Shown: in pieces, positions 1 through 14,053 of the stretch
How the letters are laid out: every line of letters begins with the position of its first letter
Position numbering within the stretch: position 1 is the first letter of the stretch
Notes under the pieces: model-generated
Told to the model about the DNA's origin: nothing
The model's database searches: none
Seen by the model: the letters and a program-made list of their open reading frames with translations, nothing else
From: Takakia lepidozioides
Taxonomy: Eukaryota > Plantae > Bryophyta
NCBI GenBank assembly: GCA_030704615.1
Contig: CM060734.1
Location: 53,940,001 to 54,004,000, forward strand
Direction of reading: 5' to 3'
DNA: 64,000 bases
Made by a program: the position numbers and the translations under genes

Positions 1-484
1 ACGCTAAAGAAGAAGATGTCAGGGCCTGATCACAAACTGTCCGAGCTGTAGGGGTGAAAATCACCTGGCGGTTCTCAAATTCAAACAGGTTAGATCAAAA
101 GTAAGAGTGCATGGAACAAGCAATGAAACATGAATGGAGCTAGCTAAGTGAGGGTAGAAGCATGTTGGGGAATCAAGACATACTCTCTGCCAGGAAGAAT
201 ATCAGAGATCAGCATTTCGGAGGGATTGAACGTGACAGCACTTGAAGAGGGTGTTAGATAAGAAGTAAGCAACGTTTTTCTATGAGGCCAACATACCATT
301 CAACGTGGCACAACTCCCAATCATTTGTTTCAGTTGTGAGAACAACTTCGGAGTCAAAATGCACGTACACACCACCTCCTTACAATGCTCTATGTATGGG
401 ATTGTTGGAAGAGGCCATGACTGACCTTTCAAAACGAGTAACAGATCGAACCGGGGATTCATTGCGAAAATACGGAAGTACATT
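1..484 (+). pseudogene. hAT transposase, N-terminal part (DUF659 region), interrupted by an LTR retrotransposon
   Basis: Frame ...YTPPPYNALCMGLLEEA...DSLRKYGST continues across the insertion as LCADGWSSVTNRPLFNIMLVCP at 12489, rebuilding the hAT DGW catalytic motif. Confidence 0.8.
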
Positions 485-1338
485 TGATAACGGCTATGCT
501 ACGAGGGACAGACAACGAGGGTCACAACGGGACATACCGGGTAATGATGGACGTACACTACCTGAGCCACAGGCAGAGACGGCTAAGTACACGGTACTTA
601 GCCAATGGCGGGACAAGGGTACATTACCACGAGAGCAGTAGTGGGTAGTGTAGTAACCGTGAGCCGTGAACCACGATATCACATGGTCACGTTAGCATTG
701 GCTTTAACCAATAGAGGGAGTAGTGGACCGTTTACCACTATGGCTCACGACCACTACAACGAGCCACTTTTTAGCAAACCTTTTAGGTTGTGTAGACAGT
801 TAGGCAAACGGTCATTAACGACCGCAGGCTGTAACGGCTCTTTCGAGCATAGTATAAAAAGACTGCACGCAACTCAAAAGGTGTGCAGTATGAGTATCAG
901 GGATCAGTGTGTACTTCTGTGATGATGTGACGAGCTCTGAAGTAAAGCCATGATATTTGAAGTATCTCTGTGTAGAGTGAATGTGAGATGGAGAGAATGT
1001 GCATTATGAGAGAACGTGAGATGGCGAGAATGTGTATCATCTCAGAATAGTTCTTGTTTTCTCTTGACTACCATCTGCTTGTATGAACCAAGGGGCTTCA
1101 GTCCTTTCGACTAAGATCTTTCATGCTGAAGAGACTGTAGATTGGGCTTAATCAATAGGATTAAGCAGCCTGCAGGGATATGGCTTCATATGACGTTCAT
1201 GGTTTAGCTATCCTTAAAACGATTACTTCGTAATCATTTCTGAAAGCATACCGTCGGACAACCTCTGTTGCATGTCTTAGGAAATGGGCAGTAGTGTTAA
1301 TAGCCTGTTTTGTCTAAGTCATAAACCAGCGGTTAATA
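485..1338 (+). repeat. 5' LTR (TGATAA...TTAATA)
   Basis: Direct repeat of 11631-12483, followed by the PBS. Confidence 0.95.
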
Positions 1339-1340
1339 TT

Positions 1341-1359
1341 TGGCGACCATACTGGGGAC
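1341..1359 (+). promoter_or_regulatory. Primer-binding site TGGCGACCATACTGGGGAC (tRNA-Arg-like)
   Basis: Starts with TGG, 2 nt after the LTR. Resembles the complement of plant tRNA-Arg 3' ends; tRNA identity is inferred. Confidence 0.7.
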
Positions 1360-1958
1360 TAACGGTATGTTGAGTTCAAGAGTACTCAAAGATGGATGGT
1401 TACTCAGTGATTTCTTGAAATCACGACAGAACGAGTCAACAGAAGCAAAGGAATGGAAAACATTCATGAGAAATTTTCATGGTTTACCAAGAGCAATACA
1501 ACAGAAAATCTTTCTGTCAATTGCGAAAGAAGATGACAAATGGGGATTGAAGGGAGGAGTGATCAGTATTACACGAGCACCTTGGGAATGTAGGATTAGA
1601 AGTGAAGAGTGGTTGTCTCGTTTAGCTCTAATGATTACTCTAATCCCAATCAGAAAAGTTTAGTACACTAGTTATATTTTCAGAGAAGGATGTTCAAATT
1701 ATGAATATTGTCACACGATCATAGAAGTAGTGGAGTACTGGATACCCAAAGACTTATTGCAAGTCAGATACACTGAAAAAGACAGATGGTATTATTGTGC
1801 CCATTAAAAAGTTTGGTGATCAATCAGTAAAAAAGAAAATTAAGGGATTCTTGCAAGATAGGATGAATCTTGAAGAAATGGTAGAGACATTATAAATTTT
1901 CTTTACTGACATACCAAAACTGTTTTAAAGGGTACTAAAAAGGAATTCTACATATGAT

Positions 1959-4111
1959 GTGGGAATGAATGAGGAAATTAAAGAAAAAGCTAAACAAGAT
2001 AGAGATGAACGAATAGAGAAATATACTGCAGAAAGGGAGGATTGGTTAAGAGAAGAGTTCCCAGAATTACAGAACTTGAAAATTATTCAAGGTGAGACAT
2101 CAAACAGTGATAAACCAGAAGATCAGGAAATCGGATCGGTGGGAAGTGGGAACACTACACCAGAAGAAGTTGCCAGTAATGTACTTGGTGAATGGTTACC
2201 ACAAGAAAAATGTGAAGGACCTTCTACAGTAACAAGCCCAAATAGAGGTTTTACTGAAATATTAGAAGAAAGATTTGAGAACATTTTGAGTGAAGAAGGT
2301 GAAAGAAGTTAAAGCACTTCTCCAGAAAGGATAACCAGAACTGCACTCAAAGCTTTTAAAGATTCATTAAGCTTAGTAGGGACAGCAGCTGGAAGACGAC
2401 TATCATTGGGACAAGGACCTCCTAGCTTTGAATCACTATTTGGAAGACAAACACCAACATCACCACAGCCAGCAGCAGCGGGACCATCCCAGTTTGGACA
2501 ACCAGTTGCACCGATGGCTTTAGCAACAAGCAAAACCATACCACCATTTCCTTTATATGATGGGAAATCTGATCCAGATATCCATCTTAATCAATTTGAA
2601 AACATGTGCACCATTTACAATGAAGCAACAGACCAAGAGAAGATCCGACTATTTCCTTGTTCAATGGCCCGGAAAGGCATTGAATGGTTGGCGACTTTCC
2701 CAGTTAATCACTTTGCGAATTGGGCGGATATGAGAGCCGCGTTTCAAGAAAGATATAGATCCAACAAATCCACGTCTGAAATCTTCACAGGATTACAGAA
2801 CCTAAGACAGAAAAAAAAAGAATTGGTAGTCGACTACCTGGAGAGAATGAAAACTCTGATCAGGAAACTACCTCAAGCACCAGGGGATGATTTGCAAAAA
2901 TCATGGTTCATCAATGGACTTCGTCCTGAATACGTAACCATGGTTATAGTCATGCCTAACAACACTTTGGCTGAAGCAGTAGGGACTGCAAAGAAGTTGG
3001 AATTGGGATTCCATCAGAGCAAAAGTAAATATTCCAAGGATCTCTTGGAAGAAGAAGACTCTCATGATGAAGAAAAGCCCAAGCAAAAGAAGAAAGAAGT
3101 GATTAACAAAACCACTTTGGATCAGAAGAGGATATCAAGAATTTTAAAGATGAAGGGCCACGAAAGGCAACATGGTGTCACAAATGCGGGACTGCAGGAC
3201 ACCTGGCAACGGAATGCCATATGAAGGACAAATACCGTGATATTTGTCATATGAACAATCATAATACCAGCCATTGTATTTACAACCAACGGGCCAAGAA
3301 GACTGGGTACACACGAGAGGTGGGGGTACACCAAGTCCAAATCCGACAGGGAGGATCGGACGAACCAAGACGATACAACATGGGTAATCGTTATCAGAGG
3401 CCACTAAATGAATATCCACCAAGGGATAGGGAACATCAACCCAGAAACAAAGAAAGCACGAGATGCCACTATTGCAAGAAAGAGGGACACTGGAAACATA
3501 AATGCCAGTTGCGAATCAAGCATGAGGCAGAAGTGGGAAATATGGAAGCCGGACCAAGTGTAGCCGTAAGTATGGTAACCCCTGTAGTGGATACTCTTGC
3601 GGTAACCCGAACTCAGGCCAAGAAACAGAAACCTCCAGATAAGGAGATCGAAGAAGAACGGAAACAATATCCAGAAAGTGCAGCATGGCAGGAGGAAAAG
3701 AGCTTACACCAGGAAGTAAGTAAAACCATAGCTCAAATGCAAGAAGGAACCCATATACCTTCTGGAGAGCCAACTCTAGATAAGCAAATCAGACCAACGG
3801 TGAAGACCATGAATACAACCACGGAAACAGAATTGGCCGAAGTAATCTGCCAGACCAAGACCCAAATTACCATTGGACAATTATTAAAAATTGCTCCACA
3901 CTGCAAGAAAACTTTATTTCGGGCAATCGAGGCATTGACCCCCACACCAAAACAAAAACCAACACCAGAGGTTTACACGATTAAACCCACAACTATACGA
4001 CAAACTCCAGATTACGACGAAGCAGTACCCGTAATACAAGTACGTATTGGCCGGATGATGGTAACGAATGTACTCATCGATGGAGGATCAGGAGTGAATA
4101 TCATGACATAA
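1959..4111 (+). pseudogene. gag: gag (capsid, CCHC knuckles) and start of aspartic protease
   Basis: YDGKSDPDIHLNQFE...F...LRQ gag motif; CHYCKKEGHWKHKC zinc knuckle; VLIDGGSGVNIM protease. Split by a stop and a frameshift. Confidence 0.9.
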
Positions 4112-4114
4112 AAG

Positions 4115-7100
4115 ATGAAGAAGTTATTAGGATTGGGGCATATGGAACCTGCTCCATTCACGGTACAAATGGCTGATCAACGAAAAGTGCAACCATTGGG
4201 AATCATCAAACGACTTGCAATGGAAGTAGCAGGACTGGTATACGAAATATCAGTAACCATTCTCAGAATGGAGGATGTGGCAGAGGGATATTCACTACTA
4301 CTTGGCCGACCATGGTTAACACAAGCCCAATCACACCACGATTGGGGAAATCAGACTCTCACAATCAAAAAGGGAGCAGAACAAGTCACCATCACGACGA
4401 AGCAACGAGGTACCATTCCACAAGAGAAACGACCTTGCATAGTGGAAGAATATGATTGGTCCAGTTGGCTGTCGGATGAAGAAGAAGCCACAATATATGT
4501 AGCACATCCACAGTTGGAACCTATTGGACAACTGGTGGTCAAGCATACCACAACAGTAGGATGTCACATGGTGAACACCCAAGGAGAACCAAATACTTCG
4601 AGAAATGAAGATCCAGAGGAAGAAGCGATGGACACACCTCAACACCCGGCCCGGTTCTATCAAGAAAGGGAAGAAGACATTCAAATAAGTGAAGTACCTG
4701 CCACAATTGCAACCATCGGACAAGAGATTGCAGGATGGACAGTAACGGAAGAAACTCAATTGATTCAAGTGAATCTGGGAACAGTGGAAGAACCACAGAT
4801 AATACGAGTAAGTGCAGGTCTCGAAGAATCATTTCTACAAGAAGCCACATTATTCACTGAATACAAGGATGTATTTGCCTGGAACTACAAGGATTTGAAG
4901 GGGATACCTTCTAACATCTGTCAGCACCGAATTGAATTGGAAGTTGACACAAAACCAATTCGTCAGAACCGTTACAGAATGAACCCCAACTATGCAGCTA
5001 AAGTTTGGGAAGAAATAAAGAAGTTACTGGATGCAGGATTCATATACCCAGTAGAGACACCACAATGGTTATCGCCCATTGTGATGGTACCCAAGAAAAA
5101 TGGAAAACTACGAGTGTATGTGGACTACCGCAAGTTAAACGCATGAACCAAGAAAGATCCTTTTCCACTACCTTTCACTGAAATAGTGTTGGACACAGTG
5201 GCTGGACATGAGATGTACTCATTCATGGATGGGTTTAGTGGGTACAACCAGGTACAGATGGCAGAAGAAGACCAAGAAAAGACCGCATTCATCACTGAAT
5301 GGGGAGCATATGCTTACAAAGTCATGCCATTTGGACTTTGCAATGCACCAGCCACATTTCAACGAGCAGTATCTGAGATATTCAAGAACTATCTCAATGA
5401 TTTTATGCAAGTATTTTTGGATGATTTCAGTGTCTTTGGACAGAAATCCAAACATTTGGCATAGTTAAAACTTTGCCTACAAGCCTGCAGAAACAATGGA
5501 GTAAGTCTCAACCCGGAAAAATGTACATTATGTGTGAATTCAGGATTATTATTGGGACACATTGTGTGCCAACAGGGAATTCTGGTAGATCCAAAGAAAG
5601 TGGAGGTTATCCAAAAAATACCACCACCAGAAAATCCCAAGAAACTCGAGAGATTTCTGGGACAGACGAGCTATTACAAAAGGTACATGGACAAATATGC
5701 TCACAGAGCGGCACCAGTCTATAGACTGCTGAAGCAAGATACCGAATATCGATGGTCTCCAGCTTGCCAAGAATCATTTGATTCACTAAAAAGGGCACTC
5801 ACAGCAGCACCAATTCTGATAAATCCAAGATGGGATTTACCATTTCATGTACACAGTGATGCATCAGGCATTGCTTTGGGAGCGGTTCTAGCTCAGAATC
5901 TGACAGGCACAATAGATTCACCAATCTATTATGCAAGTAGATTGTTGACAACAGCAGAAAAGAACTATAGCACCACAGAAAGGGAAGCATTGGCAATGAT
6001 TTATGCTGTTCAAAAATTTCGACATTATTTACTTAGCAATCGCTTTAAGTTCATTGTTGCTCATCAGGCTCTAGTTCATCTAGCAAATCGACCACTAGCT
6101 AGTAGCAGGGTTGCTCGATGGTTATTACTTCTTCATGAGTATGACTTTGAAGTTGTTCATAAACCAGGGAGATTACATGTTACAACAGATCATCTGTCAA
6201 GGATTACTACAGGAGAACCAGCCACGGGGGTAGAGGATCAACTTCTCGATGCATTTCTGTTTGTTGTTCAACCAGAAGCACCAAATGAAGAGACAGATCC
6301 TATAAATGCTCTGGGAATGTTTCAAGGAGACTATGACCTTCCAGATGCTCTCAAACTCATGGACGACATGGATGAAGAAGAAGATTCATCCGATGAAGAT
6401 GAACCTCTTGATGAAGAGCCAGATCCACAAGAAGAAGATGACAAAGAAAACGAAGAAACAAACAATCAAGAATTGGCCAATATCAGTATTGGAGCTTATA
6501 CAGTCACCAAACAAGAATCAGAAGATATTCAGGATCAAGATCAAGATGGTTGGCAATGGCCAATCAAATACTATCTGAATACAGGGAAATTTCCTGAAGG
6601 TTACACCAAAGATGACAGGAGGAAGCTTTCAATGAAAAGCAAGCCATACACATTAATCAAAGGGATTCTGTACAAAAGAGGAATTGACTCCATAATGAGA
6701 AGATGTGTAAACAAAGACCAAGCCAAAACAGTAATGCAAGAACTACACGAAGGAATTGCAGGTGGACACTTCAGTTCGGACCTGACAGCAAAGAAAATAT
6801 TACTAGCAGGCTACTGGTGGCCTACTATATTTGGAGATACTTATGAACACTGTCAACAGTGTGATGTCTGCCAGAGGATGGGACCAGTGGAACGAACGGG
6901 GAAGGGGACTCTGCACCCAATACTACCAACAGAACCATTTCAGCGCTGGGGGCTAGACTTTGTGGGACCCATTAAACCTCCAGCAAGGTACACACAAAAC
7001 CAATACATCCTCACAGCCACTGACTACACCAAATGGGTAGAGGCCAAGGCACTAAGAGACAACACTGCCAAATCAACAGCCAAATTCTTATATGAAATCA

Positions 7101-8474
7101 TCATCACACGATTTGGTTGCCCACTGGAATTCGTCAGTGATCAGGGATCACATTTCATAAATGATGCCATAAAATGCTTGACGGAGGAGTTCATGATTGT
7201 ACATCACAAGAGTACTGCTTACTATCCTCAAGGAAATGGTCAGGCTGAATCTACCAACAAAATATTATGCACTATCTTAACCAAGATAGTAAATGCCAAT
7301 CGTACAGATTGGGACACCAAATTGAACACAACACTATGGGGTTTAGAAGAACGATGTGGTTTAGGACTCATGAACTCATGAACGATGGGGTTTAGAAGAA
7401 TCCTTACGAGTCAGGGAATATGAATTATTCCATTTGGAAGAAGTTCGAACAGATGCCGCAGATAATATGGCACGAATTCAGGAACAACGAAGGAAAAGAA
7501 TATCCGAAGGGAAAGAGAAATCTTTCCAGGACGGGGACATTGTATTATGGTTACCAAAAATCAAGAAGATCAAACTGGGCGAAAAAATGAAAATGCCATG
7601 GATGGGACCATTTCAAATAAAAAAGGTACATAACAATGGAACTGTTGATTTGCAAACCTTGGAACAAGAATTCATGGGTCGAATTAATATTAACAAGCTA
7701 AAAGGCTACCAGGGAATACATGACAAAGCCCTTATACATGATTTATACGCCAACGAGGAAGATCAAACTGAAGATGAGGAGCGCGAAACTACCAATGCCT
7801 ACTACATTCATCACGACCCGGTGAATCAACATGTACTAAGACAAGTGGCAACACGAATTCAGGGCACCACGACAGCTAGACCACCATTTATCTGGAGGAC
7901 AACATTACCACCCCGTATACCGTATGGTGAACTGTGGCCAGCACAGATGCCCTACAGAACAGTGAACGAATACGAAACGGCCAACGAGTCACTGCTTGTG
8001 TTAAATTCTGAGATGTACGCTCCAGATCACCCCACCGACAGTGGTAATCATACACCACTACCCTTCAATCATAACATAGAGGCGGAACGACGGCGCAATC
8101 CAACGGATTGCCAAAAGACGGCGGACGATAAGGACAAAGCCATTAAACCAAGCTGCAAGTACTGCGCCAACGCCGCCCATCTAAAAACGGACCACATACC
8201 AAAGTGGATGAACATAGCTCAGAGGGATGAACATAAATTGACCGAAACTGGACAATTATCAATGACCATCAGTTTTAAACAAAACAAATCACAAAGAAAA
8301 AACCAACGGAAGAAAATCAAGCACAAAAGGGATGAAGTTTTCTCAAAACCGTTACCTGAGGCTAAATGCTTCTTGGTAAGCCTGGGCCCAACAATTAAAG
8401 CTAACCACACTTTAAACCTAGGCAACCAGCAGGACAAAATTACCTCCACGAGAACCTCGAGAACCTCTAATTAG
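4115..8474 (+). pseudogene. pol: pol: protease C-terminus, reverse transcriptase, RNase H, integrase and long C-terminal extension
   Basis: RVYVDYRKLN, MDGFSGYNQ, MPFGLCNAP and FLDDF (RT); VHSDAS and NYSTTERE (RH); HHCC, GLDFVGP, SDQG and GQAE (INT); WMGPF. In-frame stops near 5146 and 5464. Confidence 0.93.
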
Positions 8475-8642
8475 AGGAGAAACCTACAGAGAGGAACCCC
8501 TAGTTAAACCCAGGAGCGAACTCCTCACCTTCTCTTCCGCAAACTGGAAATTGCTGTATACACAACTTCCAGTGTGCTTCATACTTCTTGTGATACATGA
8601 ATTGGTGCTCAATTCCTTACAGCAACCGCAAGACTAAGAGAA

Positions 8643-11301
8643 ATGGCAGGCACTAAGCGGAAGGCACCAAGTTCTTATGCGCAAGTCAATTTCAAAATCA
8701 GCCCAGCGTTGCGGAAGATTGAGCAGGACACAGAGACACAAGAGACGTTGGACAGTCTTGACCTGCGATACTTCATCACCACGCTGGACTGGAACCTGAA
8801 GCACAACGAGCTATGCAGGGAGTTCTTGGAGAATTACAACACCAACACTCGGAGCACAAATGTCCACGACACGCACATCCTGCTGACAGAGAAGTACTTG
8901 GCGGAAGTATTTCACCTTCCCAGTCTGGACATACCACCGCACAACGGCAAACCTCCAAGGTTTTGTTTGAGAATCTCAACCAAGCAAATCAAGGCTACAC
9001 ATGCGGCCACAACAAAAACCATGGCTTCAGGAAGATAGCCCCAGTACTTAGCACATTGCTTTGCCTCAGGCAAAACCATAGCTACTGTACCAAGGAGCTA
9101 ATCGACCAAGTGTTGATTTGCTTCAATGGGCAAATCGTGAATTGGGCAAGCTTCTTATTGAAGAAATTAACTCAAGAACTGACCACAAAGAAGAAGAAGG
9201 AAGTGACTGTTACCATGGCAACTCCATTGTTACTCCAGATGATTCGACACACTGTACACCTAACGGCCGAAGAGCAAGCGACGTTAGGAATCATGCAACG
9301 GGTAGACACAATGGAGGAAGAAGAAGTGAGACGGCAACATGTCAGGAAGAAGAAGAGGGCGGACTTGCAAAAAGAGCCCGGATCAACGAAGCAACCACAA
9401 GTGCAGCAGCAGAGGACATCATCAACTCGACGGCTGATTCCCCAGTATAGAGAGAAGGGGAGAATCAATAGCCAGAAGGAGGGAACAAACCACAGACCAA
9501 CGAAGCAACACCCATGGAAATTAACCATGGCAACACCGAAGCACAACAAGCAGCACACACAGAGGCCACACAATCAGAGGAGGGAGACATAGTGGCGCAG
9601 CAATAGCAGATAGTGCAACAGGCACCCGATCAGCAGCAACAGCAGATGGTGCAAGAGGCACCGAGTCAGCAGCAGCAAGACATAAATTCCAATTTGGAAT
9701 AACTACTAGCACAACAAGTTTTAGATACAACAGCATGGGACACAGGGTTGGAGGAAGCACCACAAAATGTCATTCTGCAGGCAATACAAACATTGGGGCA
9801 ATTGACAGTTTGTATGGACAGGGCCAAGGATTACATCAGCCCAGAAAACCTGAACATGATCTTAGACCACATCAAAGAGAAGCACCAGAGGGAATTGGCC
9901 ACTGCAAGAACAGTATGTAACCATGAGGTTACAATTGCAGCACTAGAAGATCAAAAGTCGACCTTACTCCACCAATACAACACATTGGCACAACGCAGAG
10001 ATGAGTGGGAGCAAAAGTGGGAAAGACAGAGAGACGAAACACGCCATGTCCAAGCCGACCTCGATGCAGAGCGAGAGAAATCTCGGAAAACAAAGACAGA
10101 GGTGGAAACACTCACAGGGCAGGTGCAAACATTAAAACAGCAGGTGGAGACACTCAAGGGGCAGCTGACGACTGCCAGAGATCAGGGAACCAAGTGGCTC
10201 AATAGCAACACTACACTGCTGAAGCAAAGGGAGAATGCTGAGAGCAGGCTGTTTACCGCCACCACAGAAAGAGACATTGCCATGGGCAATGAACAAGAAT
10301 GGAAGCAGCAGCTGGAGAAGCCGACACTGCAAGCAGAGTTGGATGCAGCAGACGCAGCCTTAGCCAGAGCCTGGTTGAATGAAGGGAGTGAATTGGAGAT
10401 GAAGAAACTCAACAGGGCAATGGTGAGGCAAATGAAGTGCCAATTGGCGAAATTGGTGACAGACATTCATGAGGAGTTCCTGCCACCAATTCCAGAACAA
10501 GAGGAACTCATGGACGAAGAGGATCAAGAGGAGCAAGATCATGAACAAGAGACACCAATACAATCAACAACAACAACACCAACACAAACACCACCAGCAA
10601 CACAACCACCACCAAGCCAACAAACACTGGTACAGGCCACACCAGGGCCATATACTCAAGAGGTAAACCCTGTAACACTACCAAGTGTCCTGGTAGCATC
10701 AACTTCAGTAGCAGTGGATGATTTCCAAATCATGCCATGCAAGTAGGATGGGGAGTGGTTAAAGTATTCAGATGAATACTTTAAAATGATGGTAGTACCA
10801 GCCCAACAAATCCCAGAAATACTGGAAAAGGTTTTCAAAACCTTAACTCCCTGCAAATCATTGGGTCAATTGCATCTGCTCAATCAAACTCTTATTCCTC
10901 TGAGATATAGGATGAGACCACTGGCTAAGGAGGAGACATGGTCAGGGGCAGAATTGGTTGAATTCTGGCGCCAAGCTCCTCTGGAATACAAGGAGCTGGT
11001 AGCTTACATGTGGGCAGTGGGGCAATTGAAGATTAATCCTACCCCAACAGTAACCATTGTGATGGGATGCCCAAGTTTTTATATCGACAGTTACTTGTAC
11101 CGCATGTTCGTGACAATGAGGGGAAGCTGGCAACGCTATGAGAGTATTGAAAAAGATACTCACTGGGAATTACCCAAATTCCAGCCACTAGAGAGAGTCA
11201 CATGCACTTCAGCATATATGAATAGGCCACTTTATGCTGAAGCATGGCGCCAGGCGAAGGACCACTTTTCACCATTGGGGTCCAAGCTGTTAACTGGTTA
11301 A
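8643..11301 (+). pseudogene. Extra 3' ORFs in the env position (Athila-type accessory protein, coiled-coil ORF, unknown ORF)
   Basis: LCREFLENYN...THILLTEKYLAEVFHLP...VNWASFLL resembles the Athila-type extra ORF; 9748-10746 is heptad-rich; all lie between INT and the PPT. Confidence 0.6.
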
Positions 11302-11630
11302 TGGGCAGCAGGGCAACAAAACACATTATTCCCTAGACCAAGGAGGAGCTGCAAATCTACCGCGAAACCTTGACCAACAAAATCGATATGGTACGTGGGG
11401 ACGGGATAGTAGAACACCATGATGAAGAAAGCTGGCCTACTCACGAACCAGAGGAGCAACCAGACAGTGACGATAACAGGAACAAGAAGCTGCCACCATG
11501 ACAATCCTGGGACGCACTTCCTACCTCGTAGATAGGCATGCCACCACCTTACATCCCAAAGAGATACAACAAGTATAGGAACTGACAAAATTGTGCGGAC
11601 ACAATTTCAAAAGAAGGGGGGGGGAATAAA

Positions 11631-12483
11631 TGATAATGGCTATGCTACGAGGGACAGACAACGAGGGTCACAATGGGACATACCGGGTAGTGATGGACGT
11701 ACACTACCTGAGCCACAGGCAGAGATGGCTAAGTACGCGGTACTTAGCCAATGGCGGGACAAGGGTACATTACCACGAGAGCAGTAGTGGGTAGTGTAGT
11801 AACCGTGAGCCGTGAACCACAATATCACATGGTCACGTTAGCATCGGCTTTAACCAATAGAGGGAGTAGTGGACCGTTTACCACTATGGCTCACGACCAC
11901 TACAACGAGCCATTTTTTAACAAGCCTTTTAGGTTGCGTAGGCAGTTAGGCAAACGGTCATTAACGACCGCAGGCTGTAACGGCTCTTTCGAGCATAGTA
12001 TAAAAAGACTGCACGCAACTCAAAGGTGTGCAATATGAGTATCAGGGATCAGTGTGTACTTCTGTGATGATGTGATGAGCTCTGAAGTAAAGCCATGCTA
12101 TTTGAAGTATCTCTGTGTAGAGTGAATGTGAGATGGAGAGAATGTGCATTATGAGAGAACGTGAGATGGTGAGAATGTGTATCATCTCAGAATAGTTCTT
12201 GTTTTCTCTTGACTACCATCTGCTTGTATGAACCAAGAGGCTTCAGTCCTTTCGACTAAGATCTTTTATGCTAAAGAGACTGTAGATTGGGTTTAATCAA
12301 TAGGATTAAGTAGCCTGCAGGGATATGGCTTCATACGACGTTCATGGTTTAGCTATCCTTAAAATGATTACTTCGTAATCGTTTCTGAAAGCATACCGTC
12401 GGACAACCTCTGTTGCATGTCTTAGGAAATGGGCAGTAGTGTTAATAGCCTGTTTTGTCTAAGTCATAAACCAGCGGTTAATA
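11631..12483 (+). repeat. 3' LTR
   Basis: Direct repeat of 485-1338, preceded by PPT AAAAGAAGGGGGGGGGAA. Confidence 0.95.
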
Positions 12484-12488
12484 ACATT

Positions 12489-13760
12489 ATGTGCCGATGG
12501 TTGGAGCTCTGTCACAAACCGACCATTATTCAACATCATGCTCGTATGTCCAGCGGGGGAACAATTTATAGGAGCTATTGACACAACCGGGGAACGAAAT
12601 GATGCACGTTACCAGTTTTTGGTGCTATCGAAAGCCATTGACTTTGTTCGACCGGAGAAAATTGTGCAAATTTGTACGGACAATACCTCGAACATGAGAA
12701 ATATGGCCCAATTACTTTTGGCTCAGTACCCTCACATGTATTATCAAGGATGTTGTGCTCATATCCTCGACCTACTGTTAGAAGATTGGGGAAAAGAGCA
12801 ATGGGTGAAAGACCTTGTGAAGTAGGTCAAGTTTGTTGTGAAGTTCATCCGAAACCACCACATGCCTTTGGCAATATATAGGAGGTACGAACCAAAATAC
12901 AACCTAAAGAATCCAAGGGAAACTCGGTTTGCCACCAACTTCCTGATGGTGGACAGGTTGGTGACTGTGAGGTCCGCGCTCGAGCACACTGTTATTGACC
13001 CACAGTGAGAAGTCCACGTACGGACGTTGCGGGACTCTCGGAAGAACAAGCCACTGAGCAAAAGTCAAAAGGTCAGAAAGACCATTCGATCAGATGATTT
13101 TTGGTCCAAGTGCGAGAATTTTGTGCACATGGTGGAACCAGCCCTTGCTGTGTTACGGGAGTTCGATGGAAAGAAACCAGTTATGGGAAAGACATGGTTG
13201 CTATTGAGGAACTTCAACAACATGTATTTTCAGTGAAAGACCCTCCATTCTCACTAGATGCAGAGTTGGCGAGAAGAGCCGAGGCGGCTTTTGTAAAATG
13301 ATGGAAAATGGCCACTACAGACTTACATGGTGCTGGGGCATTGTTGAATCCATTTCTACTCGACAACAACATGTTGAGAGATGATGTCGATGCGAAAGCG
13401 GGATTGATACGGACACTCATGAAATTGGCCCCTCCAAATCAGGGGGAGAGAGCTATATCGGAGTATCAAAGTTTCTCGGATCGTCGTGACCCTTTCCACA
13501 ACCTTCCGAATCCAAAAGAACTTAACATGCAGCCGCATGAATGGTGGGATTTGATTGGCGCCGGAGCAAGCCCTATCGCAAAGCGCGTTCTTGCTCAAGT
13601 GTGCTCCGTGTCTTCCTGTGAACGTAATTGGAGTAGTGCATAGCATTCATTCGTGCATAGCAAGATTTGGAACAGGTTGCATCCGGATAGGGTCGAGAAA
13701 TTGGTATATGTGTATACCAATTCAGGGCTATTACGGGCTCAAGCGGGGGATGATACTAAG
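12489..13760 (+). pseudogene. hAT transposase, catalytic and dimerisation part
   Basis: DGW, VQICTDN, CCAHILDLLLED, ETRFATNFLM, EWW...G and SSCERNWS motifs; several stops. Confidence 0.9.
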
Positions 13761-14053
13761 TAGTCGCCCGGCCGGGCACCTCGCCTCACCCCCCTCCCGC
13801 TAGGTGACCACCAATACGGTCGCCCTGGGCAACAACTAGTAGAATTACGGGCATCGTCACTTGCTGTATAGGCCTCAGAAGCTGAGTCTTGTCTCAGTAA
13901 CTGGGATGGTACAACTTGTCTCAAATGTGAATGTCCCTTCTCCTATGCAGTAGATGAAAAGTGAGTAGAGGGTCACCTCCGGGTTTGGGTGTTGTGCAAT
14001 GTCTGCATCACTGTGGTCTTACTCTGAATGTTCAAGCAGAAAATAGAATAAAA

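Larger units (their letters stand above)
485..12483 (+). mobile_element. Full-length Ty3/gypsy (non-chromovirus, Athila-like) LTR retrotransposon, decayed
   Basis: Two near-identical LTRs (854 and 853 bp); 5-bp TSD ACATT (480-484, 12484-12488); PBS at 1341; PPT at 11609-11626; gag-PR-RT-RH-INT order with stops and frameshifts. Confidence 0.95.

Noticed and set aside
282-922. ORFs within the LTR as genes (also 11593-12038)
   Set aside because: Read-through into LTR sequence; no recognisable domain.
13780-13838. Right TIR of the hAT element (CAACAACTA)
   Set aside because: The left end lies outside the window, so it cannot be verified.
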